A stretch of 41,125 bases of DNA, taken from positions 1 through 41,125 of the IMG/VR virus record IMGVR_UViG_3300045285_000056, one strand, 5' to 3'. Positions 34,559 through 41,125 of this stretch are shown one piece after another. The position numbers and the translations under genes were made by a program. The notes under the pieces were generated by a model, which saw only the letters and a list, made by a program, of their open reading frames with translations, was not told the DNA's origin and did not search any database. This DNA is from a virus. Lineage: Duplodnaviria > Caudoviricetes. The stretch's first letter is position 1; each line of letters starts with the position of its first letter.

Positions 34559-34888
34559 CTATATCCCCAGGCCGGATTGGACCTTTATCGCTGCTGTTGC
34601 GGATGCCGTGGCGCCGGAAAAAAACATATCGTCACCCGTTGTGACCACCACCTGACTGCGCGCCAGAAGATAGTAGCTGTTGAGCGATATCGTCGGATTA
34701 AGTGCGGCGTACTTGGCGGCTGCATCGGTCGCGCCCCATCCGACTACGCAGTCAATCGCACCGTCAGCGTTGGTCAGACAGACCTGCGGGCATTGCACGC
34801 CGTTCAAGCTCAACGCCTGAACCGACGTGGGCGGGACTACCGCAGCCGTGAAACTCAGCAGCGCTCCGGTAGGGTTGAAGGCGATCAT
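34559..34888 (-). CDS. Virion accessory protein
   Basis: Beta-rich small ORF in the head module. Confidence 0.65.
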   Translation of the reverse strand: MIAFNPTGALLSFTAAVVPPTSVQALSLNGVQCPQVCLTNADGAIDCVVGWGATDAAAKYAALNPTISLNSYYLLARSQVVVTTGDDMFFSGATASATAAIKVQSGLGI

Positions 34889-35292
34889 GCGGGCTCAAGG
34901 GTGACGGTCACGCAGCCAACGGCGAGCGTTGCCGTGCCGGTCAGCACGTAGCCGAGCGAATCGCCTACCTGCATCGTGAGCGCGGCAGGATCGGATACCA
35001 GAGTGAGCACCTGATTCACATCCGCCGTGCCCTTCAGATTTGCCGCCGCGGCTGCCGTGATGGGGGTGCCGCTGCCAACGGCAACCCCGGATGCAGCCTT
35101 GAAAAACGCCAGATTGACAACGCCCGCGTCATTGCCGGCAACGCGAGGTGTTACGGTGATGTCCACAACGAGCATGGGTGCCGCGGCCGTGAAAAACTTC
35201 TGCGTTACCAGCGCGGCCACATAATTGAACGTGACGACTTTCGCCTCGTCTACCGCCGTCGCAACCCCGCGCGTGCGCCCTGTCGTTGGCAT
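34885..35292 (-). CDS. Virion accessory or decoration protein
   Basis: Ala/Val/Thr-rich beta-sandwich-like sequence. Confidence 0.65.
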   Translation of the reverse strand: MPTTGRTRGVATAVDEAKVVTFNYVAALVTQKFFTAAAPMLVVDITVTPRVAGNDAGVVNLAFFKAASGVAVGSGTPITAAAAANLKGTADVNQVLTLVSDPAALTMQVGDSLGYVLTGTATLAVGCVTVTLEPA

Positions 35293-35336
35293 GATGAGTC
35301 CTTAAAGATTGTCGTGTCAGCTAGAATCAGATCGGC

Positions 35337-35765
35337 TTACGGCGACTGCGGCAAATTGTCAAACGCAAATCCGTAGACAAACACGTCGAAGTTCGCAGGC
35401 GCCGTATTTACCACAGTGACGCGATAGTATAGATTCGTCGCGTTCGCAACCACGGCAGTCGATGCCACGGTCTGCTGCACCACTATGGTCGCGTCGGTAG
35501 CCGCAGACAGGGCCGCAGCCGTGACGACGGTAACGCCAGTGCCGCCTGGGGCGGTAAAGAGTCCGCCAAGCGCCTGCGCGAGCGACGCGGTTGTATCCGT
35601 CACGATGACATAGAGCACGCTGAATTTCGATGTATCGATCAGCGGCATTACGGTATCGGCAACGGCATTGGCAGATACATTGAGCGCGTAGCAGAGCAGG
35701 CGCACGGCCTGGTTTGAAGACAAGACCTGCAATGGCGTAGAGAGTTGGGAATTCGGTGCGGCCAT
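35337..35765 (-). CDS. Virion accessory or decoration protein
   Basis: LYYRVT...DVFVYG C-terminus, with SD AGGAG. Confidence 0.7.
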   Translation of the reverse strand: MAAPNSQLSTPLQVLSSNQAVRLLCYALNVSANAVADTVMPLIDTSKFSVLYVIVTDTTASLAQALGGLFTAPGGTGVTVVTAAALSAATDATIVVQQTVASTAVVANATNLYYRVTVVNTAPANFDVFVYGFAFDNLPQSP

Positions 35766-35773
35766 GATTTCTC

Positions 35774-35950
35774 CTACGGTGTAGTGGTGGTGACGACGAT
35801 ACGCTGATCGAAATTGATGACGACGACGGTGTTGCCGCCGGCTGCGACTTTCACATCAGGCGTGCCGACTGGATCGCCGTTCGCGGTTTGCAGCTTGACC
35901 GTGAGCTGTCCGCTCGCCGCGCCGTTGGTGACTGTGACTGAGGCTGCCAT
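35774..35950 (-). CDS. 58-aa beta-rich protein
   Basis: MAASVTVTNGAASGQLTVKLQ... Absent from the ORF track. Confidence 0.55.
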   Translation of the reverse strand: MAASVTVTNGAASGQLTVKLQTANGDPVGTPDVKVAAGGNTVVVINFDQRIVVTTTTP

Positions 35951-35959
35951 GATGGGTTC

Positions 35960-36448
35960 CTATGCGTGATTCGCAAAAGAGCCGTGATATTTTGCGCGCG
36001 CCTCGATTGCAACGAGTTCTGCAAACTCGAAGTCATCAAAATCGCCAATGTGGATTCGCTTGCCATTGACGCCAATACGCACGCGCCATTTACGTTTGTC
36101 TTTTTTCCAGAACACGCCTTTCGCGCCAGACGTGTTGTTTTTCGCAATGCCGATGTTGTGCATGTTCTGCCCACGCGTTGCCTCGCGCAGGTTTTCAATG
36201 CGGTTATCGGAATTGCATCTGTTCTCGTGATCCAACTCCGGCACAGCATCTCGGCCATGCCATAACCAGACGAGATGAGAAAGCGGATAGCTGTGCTTAT
36301 CGACAGAGGCATAGCAGTATCCGTCAGGATGCTGCCAGCCGATTACCTCGCCCACTTTTGCGCGCGGACTGATCGCAACTTTGCGGACTAGTTCGCCCGT
36401 TGCGGCAACGTAATCGAATAACTCGCGCAGGCGTTCAGTCGTTAGCAT
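35960..36448 (-). CDS. HNH homing endonuclease with AP2-like C-terminus
   Basis: Motifs MLTTERLRELFDY, LDHENRCNSDNRIENLREAT and SGAKGVFW. Confidence 0.92.
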   Translation of the reverse strand: MLTTERLRELFDYVAATGELVRKVAISPRAKVGEVIGWQHPDGYCYASVDKHSYPLSHLVWLWHGRDAVPELDHENRCNSDNRIENLREATRGQNMHNIGIAKNNTSGAKGVFWKKDKRKWRVRIGVNGKRIHIGDFDDFEFAELVAIEARAKYHGSFANHA

Positions 36449-36478
36449 GATAGTTCCGAATAGTAGACGAATTCGGAA

Positions 36479-37834
36479 TTATGCAGCAATACGACATGCG
36501 CACTCGGCGTAGAGCGGCGCCCATCCGAACAAAATATCGAAGCGAGTTGGCAGTTGGTCTGAGTTGATGACGTATTGCCGCACCACGCGAATCGACATCC
36601 CGCTCTCCTTGCTGCTCGCCCTTCCCGAGAAATCCACGCCACCAGGCAGCGGCAAATCCGGCATTGCGCAGGTAAATGCATATTTATGGAACAGAATATT
36701 CTGCGGGCTCGTGATGCCGACGCCTGAGACGCCAAGCGACAATGCCGTTACCGCCGCAGTCGCGCTCGGATTGAGGATGCTGACATTTTGGAACTGGCCG
36801 GCCCAGATGATCGCAGGGGCAACCGTGAGTGTGCCTGTGCTCGCGCCGGTAATCGTCAGATCATTCTGCACTACGAACGTGCGCGGCTTGGAGCCGTAGA
36901 TTTGCCGGTTCTGCGGGTTGACCGGAAACACGCCGGCGAAGCTGACGATATCGCCTTTGCGCAGCGTGACAGTGGCGCCAGCGGTCAGAACGAACGTGCT
37001 CGTTGCAGCCCATCCTGCACCAATGCCGAACGTGGTCGATGGCGCAGTCAGGGTTGATGCCGCAGCGCCAGCCCAGGAGCCGAAATTCTGGTTGTTGATG
37101 TTCTGATCCACGTACCATTCCATCCCGGCCGAGTCCGTTCCCATACGCCCGCTGCGGTACTGGCTGCTGATCTTGTCCTGCGGGTTGAATAGACCCTTGA
37201 GCGCATCAACGATGGTCGCCGATGTGAACTGCTCAATGCACACCGTGCGCGATCGGTCTTTTGGTGTCGCCTCTGCGGTCAGGAATGCGCCGGCAGTGAG
37301 ATAGGTCAGAAGCGAAGTGGGCGGCGTGCCGGGCACCCCTACGATGTTGGCGACGGAGTTTTTCGCCATTTGCAGGCCGATGAAGTCCACGCGATTGGCA
37401 ACCGCTGCGACGGCGGGCTTGATAATGTTGTCGGAAAATGCGCCGAGAGACAGGCGCATATCTTTAGTGGTGAAAGAAACATCAACGTGAAACTGATCGC
37501 CATATTTCGTCGGATCGCCGACGACGACTGGCACGCTCGTCTGATTCAAATCTTCAACTGCCAGATTCGGCCCAGAGGTTCCAATGAAGCGCGGCGGCCG
37601 CCTGACGTTCAGCGTATCGCCGATCTTCGCGCCGTCGATGCCAAACGAATCGTCGTAGGTGCGAAGCACTTGGCCGGTGAACGTAAGCTCATTCTGAAGC
37701 ACCATGAGCGATTCGTTCGTGATTTGCGAAATCGTGAGCAGCGTATCGACGGCGTATAGCTGCAATCCGCTCCACGCGGCGAACGATTCGAGCCACGCGC
37801 CAAGCGGCGCAAGCAATTTCAACAGCGTTTGCAT
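36479..37834 (-). CDS. Major capsid protein (P22 gp5-like)
   Basis: LLTISQIT..L.VL.N.L, AKIGDTLNVRRP and TRFDILFGW. ATG at 37834 with SD GGAG. Confidence 0.93.
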   Translation of the reverse strand: MQTLLKLLAPLGAWLESFAAWSGLQLYAVDTLLTISQITNESLMVLQNELTFTGQVLRTYDDSFGIDGAKIGDTLNVRRPPRFIGTSGPNLAVEDLNQTSVPVVVGDPTKYGDQFHVDVSFTTKDMRLSLGAFSDNIIKPAVAAVANRVDFIGLQMAKNSVANIVGVPGTPPTSLLTYLTAGAFLTAEATPKDRSRTVCIEQFTSATIVDALKGLFNPQDKISSQYRSGRMGTDSAGMEWYVDQNINNQNFGSWAGAAASTLTAPSTTFGIGAGWAATSTFVLTAGATVTLRKGDIVSFAGVFPVNPQNRQIYGSKPRTFVVQNDLTITGASTGTLTVAPAIIWAGQFQNVSILNPSATAAVTALSLGVSGVGITSPQNILFHKYAFTCAMPDLPLPGGVDFSGRASSKESGMSIRVVRQYVINSDQLPTRFDILFGWAPLYAECACRIAA

Positions 37835-38047
37835 GGATGTCTCCGTAAAACGAAAAAGAACGGCGTTGCACCGTGTCTCTGAATCTCGTGGAGACTTCAT
37901 GGGCGCCGGCGACGCTGGCGAGGCGGCTTCGGATGACGACTCGAAGCGGGCGAGGTGTTCCCGATTGCAGTCGGTTGGCTGGCCCGGTTGCGCTCAGGCT
38001 GGCGAAATGTTGCGGATTAACTTACGCTTATGCCGGATAGTTGTCAA
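37835..38047 (-). promoter_or_regulatory. Coat promoter and long structured 5' leader
   Basis: TTGACA (38047-38042)-17-TAAGTT, then about 180 nt before the coat ATG, including a hairpin with a U-tract. Confidence 0.55.
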
Positions 38048-38259
38048 ATTTCTGCCTCAAAGCTGTTCCAACGGCGTACTAATTCCTCGGCAAAGTCGCG
38101 CGGCAGTTGATTCATGATCCTGATGCGGCCTTGCGGCACCGCTTGGAACAAAACCTCGCCATTTGCGCCATGCACCCCTGAATATGGCTCGATTGGTCGA
38201 TCTTCGGCAACGAATACACCATCGTCGCGCATCGGATTCGGAAATATTTTGAGCTTCAC
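38044..38259 (-). CDS. Hypothetical protein
   Basis: GTG overlaps the scaffold stop. AEELVRRWN motif. Confidence 0.6.
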   Translation of the reverse strand: MKLKIFPNPMRDDGVFVAEDRPIEPYSGVHGANGEVLFQAVPQGRIRIMNQLPRDFAEELVRRWNSFEAEI

Positions 38260-39305
38260 TTGATCTTGCCCGACCGTCTGGCCGCGGCCCATTCCTCAGG
38301 CGTGCCAAGCCAGTTGCCAGCAGCATCGAATTTCAGCCCAGGCACAGCAGAACCGCCTTTTAGTGGACTGATCGGCGCCGGCGCCTTGCTGATTTCCGCC
38401 ACGGTAGCAGCGCCCGCAGCGCCGTTTCCGCTTTTGGCTTGCGGCTTGACCGCGCTCCCGATCTTGTCCTCGAGCTTGCCGAATTCTTTCAGCATCGCCT
38501 TGATCGTGAGCTTGCCCATCGCTTCGGCGACTTCTGGATGCTCGGCGAAGTGGTACAGAATCTGCGGCCCGACTTCGGATTCGACGATCGCGTCGCGCAT
38601 CTGGTCGGACACCTGCAGCGGGCTCGCCTCGATCTTTGCCGTAAAGTCGGGAATCGCGGTCCTGGCGGCCTCCATGCGGGCATTCCAGGACTTTGTAGCC
38701 GCTTCCCGGTCCTTGGCGGCTTGCTCCACTTCGCGCGCTGCCTTGGCCTCATTTAGCGCCTTTTGGCCCGCCCATTCTTTCAGCGATTTGGCGTATTCGG
38801 CCATATCCGTGAATTGCGACGGCTGAGGCTCCGGCCCGATTTCCGTGGATTTGGGCGGTTCGTATTTCGCCTTTAACTCGTCACGTTCTTTCGCGGCTTT
38901 CGCCGCTTCTGCGCGGGCATCTTCGGCATCCTTGGCGGCCTTTGCCACCTTTTCAGCAGTCGCAGCCTGAATTTCCTGCTCTTTCAAGTGCAGCCGGTAG
39001 CCGAAGTCCTGTTTGCCGACGAATTTGCCCTTGAAAAAGACCTTGCCGTCCTTTTCGTCGCCCTCGCGGGGCTGCTCTGCGGCTGTTTTGTCGGCAGCCT
39101 TCTTCGCCTCAAGCTCCGCCAGCGCCGCAGCGCCATCGGCTTCAGGGTCTGGATTCTCGTCCGTGGTCACGCCGGCCGGCGGTCCGAGTTGCTGCGTAAC
39201 GAAAGCGTCGAAGTTCTCCGAAGTGACAAGCGTCACGTCCGGCTTGCCTTCGACTACGCCGATGCGGGCAGGTGTTTCTTGCGCTGTTTCGGCTGGATCA
39301 GCCAT
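38256..39305 (-). CDS. Scaffolding protein
   Basis: Acidic coiled coil with GPQILYHF and ISKAPAPISP, between portal and coat. Confidence 0.85.
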   Translation of the reverse strand: MADPAETAQETPARIGVVEGKPDVTLVTSENFDAFVTQQLGPPAGVTTDENPDPEADGAAALAELEAKKAADKTAAEQPREGDEKDGKVFFKGKFVGKQDFGYRLHLKEQEIQAATAEKVAKAAKDAEDARAEAAKAAKERDELKAKYEPPKSTEIGPEPQPSQFTDMAEYAKSLKEWAGQKALNEAKAAREVEQAAKDREAATKSWNARMEAARTAIPDFTAKIEASPLQVSDQMRDAIVESEVGPQILYHFAEHPEVAEAMGKLTIKAMLKEFGKLEDKIGSAVKPQAKSGNGAAGAATVAEISKAPAPISPLKGGSAVPGLKFDAAGNWLGTPEEWAAARRSGKIK

Positions 39306-39314
39306 GATTTTCCA

Positions 39315-39506
39315 TTACGCCTCCTTGACGATGAGATATCGTGTGTTGGTGATATACACATCGGATCCTGTCATGTCGCACGGATTAAAGAGTTGAATTT
39401 CCTGCATCATTTTGTCTGGCTGTCCGGCCTGTCCCTTGTCCCATATCTGCACCACAACCTTATAGATGCTGGTGTCAGCATTTTCCACACGTACCCGTTT
39501 CGTCAT
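39315..39506 (-). CDS. Hypothetical protein
   Basis: MTKRVRVENADTS, with SD AGGAG. Confidence 0.7.
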   Translation of the reverse strand: MTKRVRVENADTSIYKVVVQIWDKGQAGQPDKMMQEIQLFNPCDMTGSDVYITNTRYLIVKEA

Positions 39507-39517
39507 GTTTGCTCCTA

Positions 39518-41125
39518 TTACTGCGTTGCGCTGCGTTCGGCGCCTTCACGCGCCTTATTCTCGGATCGCTCGTCAATCTTCGCCAAAAGCAGTGCGACGT
39601 GAGCCTTGATTTCCTCAACGAGAATCTTCGTCTGATTATCCGCCGCCGATTCATTCATCCGCGTGCGCTCGACTGACTGCACCTGTTCGCGTTCCTCCTG
39701 TTGCCACGCCTCATTTTCGTGCGCCTTGACCGTTGATCGCATCAGTTCGCGCTTGGTTTCGGCATCCTGCTTCATCTGTTCCAATTGGCCCTTGTACTTC
39801 AATTCCTGCGCCATCGCCTGCATCTGCTGGCCGGCCTGCTGCAATTGCTGTTGTAGCGCCTTGATCTGCATCTGGGCACGCGGCGGCACGTCATCTTTCT
39901 CGTCTATTTGCGCTAACGGATTGGCAGCGGCCAAACGATCGGCAATCTGATCCGCGCCGTTGAAATCCATCTCGCGCACGATCAAGTCATCGCCAGTGGC
40001 GGCAATCTTTTCTCCGAGCGGCGTATTGAGCAGTTCCAGCATTGCCGACGCGCCCTCCTGGCGCCTGGTTTCGTACCCAGGCCCGGTCTGCATCACCACA
40101 TCGTACTGGCCGACAGTGACATCGTTTAGCACTTTGACAACCGCATTGCCCTGCTCGTCCTGCGCCTGCGTTTTCTGATTCAGCGTGATGAGTTCGTCGC
40201 GCCCGTCCTCGCCGATAATCCGCATCACGCGCTGCGTATCGTAGACCACCGGGAAATAACTGAGCATGATGCGCCACGAATGACAGATGCTGCGCGTGAG
40301 GTTATCGTAACCGTCGAAGTTCGTATTCTCCGACTGCCCGCGCTCGGCATTCAGTGTTTTGTCCGACTTGTGCTGTGCGCCGCCGCGCACTGCCGGATCA
40401 AATACGCCCATCACGCGGGAGAGGTTCTGCGATGCCATGAATGCGGCTTCAATGAAGCCCTGCGGCGGCGGTTCTGACTGAACCCGCTCAGGCGGAGGAG
40501 CTTGCTGCCCGGCAACGTCGGTTTGCTTGTAGTGCAGCACAGGCATAGCGGACAGATTCGCATTTTTCCATTCTGACTTAAGCGTGCCCTCGTCCTGCCC
40601 CTCAACCATCACCCACTTCGCTTTCGGTGCAAGTGCGAGCAATTCCGTTACGGCCGTCTGCCAATAATTATTTTGCCGCGCCGGGTCCATCGCGTCGTAC
40701 ACCAGGCCGCGCAGGATGCGCTTGCCGTCGATGATGACGCTGGTCCAATACACCGGCACGATCGGAATCCAGCGCCCCGGCAATTCCTTTTCCTCAAGAA
40801 TTTCGAATGCGGATTGCTTGCACCAGCGCACCGTGCGCTTGAAGCTTTGGCGATCGCCCTGGATAGTGAGGCCGGCGGCGGCGAGTACGTCGGTTGTTGG
40901 CAGCCTGTCCGCCCATACGTTCATTCCGTTGGACAAATACACCAGTTTTGCGCGCACGCGCTCAACGTAGAAATACTCCGCGAGCCGTATCTCGTGGTCC
41001 GTGATCCAGTCGGGGTCGTTGTTGCCGGCGCCATTTTCGTTGAAGCCGGATTCGAGCGCGTCCGGGTACTGCTTGCGGAACACGCTTTTCAGCATCAGGT
41101 CCGTAATCAGCGCCTGCTCCGCGTC
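39518..41125 (-). CDS. P22-like portal protein, 3' part
   Basis: IPIVPVY, GLVYDAMDPAR..NYW, GQYDVVM.TGP.Y.TRRQE and a Gln-rich barrel. Confidence 0.94.
   Translation of the reverse strand, partial: DAEQALITDLMLKSVFRKQYPDALESGFNENGAGNNDPDWITDHEIRLAEYFYVERVRAKLVYLSNGMNVWADRLPTTDVLAAAGLTIQGDRQSFKRTVRWCKQSAFEILEEKELPGRWIPIVPVYWTSVIIDGKRILRGLVYDAMDPARQNNYWQTAVTELLALAPKAKWVMVEGQDEGTLKSEWKNANLSAMPVLHYKQTDVAGQQAPPPERVQSEPPPQGFIEAAFMASQNLSRVMGVFDPAVRGGAQHKSDKTLNAERGQSENTNFDGYDNLTRSICHSWRIMLSYFPVVYDTQRVMRIIGEDGRDELITLNQKTQAQDEQGNAVVKVLNDVTVGQYDVVMQTGPGYETRRQEGASAMLELLNTPLGEKIAATGDDLIVREMDFNGADQIADRLAAANPLAQIDEKDDVPPRAQMQIKALQQQLQQAGQQMQAMAQELKYKGQLEQMKQDAETKRELMRSTVKAHENEAWQQEEREQVQSVERTRMNESAADNQTKILVEEIKAHVALLLAKIDERSENKAREGAERSATQ
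40999..41125. repeat. Terminal direct repeat, copy 2
   Basis: Identical to 1-127. Confidence 0.95.

Noticed and set aside
24259-41000. Numerous plus-strand ORFs across the structural module
   Set aside because: They are shadows of well-supported minus-strand genes, with no motifs or SD. Only 27083-27214 was kept.
40999-41125. 127-bp terminal repeat as a biological DTR or att site
   Set aside because: It falls in the middle of the portal gene, and its length matches a common assembler k-mer, so it is most likely a circularisation overlap.

Overview
The window looks like one complete, circularly assembled tailed-phage genome of 40,998 bp: bases 1-127 recur exactly at 40999-41125, and the portal gene runs across that junction. 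The head and tail genes follow P22-like podovirus order on the minus strand: terS, terL, portal, scaffold, coat, decoration or accessory proteins, gp4/gp10/gp26-like tail, three ejection proteins, a tailspike, a second appendage and a GH108 lysis region. A leftward block carries a RepA/AAA_25 helicase with an iteron-rich putative origin, an SNF2-like helicase, an N4/N6 DNA methyltransferase, a PD-(D/E)XK-like nuclease and a GroES homologue. A rightward early block carries ERF, a YqaJ-like exonuclease and many small modular ORFs. There are five free-standing HNH endonuclease genes. I found no integrase, canonical CI/Cro pair, primase or tRNA. The host is probably a proteobacterium (inference from gene families only). 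The most notable signals lie outside the ORF track. (1) A P4 CI-like RNA switch at 8619-8765 lies between two head-to-head paralogues, upstream of the replication helicase, with a second structured RNA nearby. (2) A minimal genetic switch is built on a 54-aa HTH gene between twin palindromic operators. (3) An HNH gene appears to have split the exonuclease N-terminus. (4) The coat gene has a structured leader and an unusual N-terminal peptide. All product calls come from motif and synteny recognition, not database searches.
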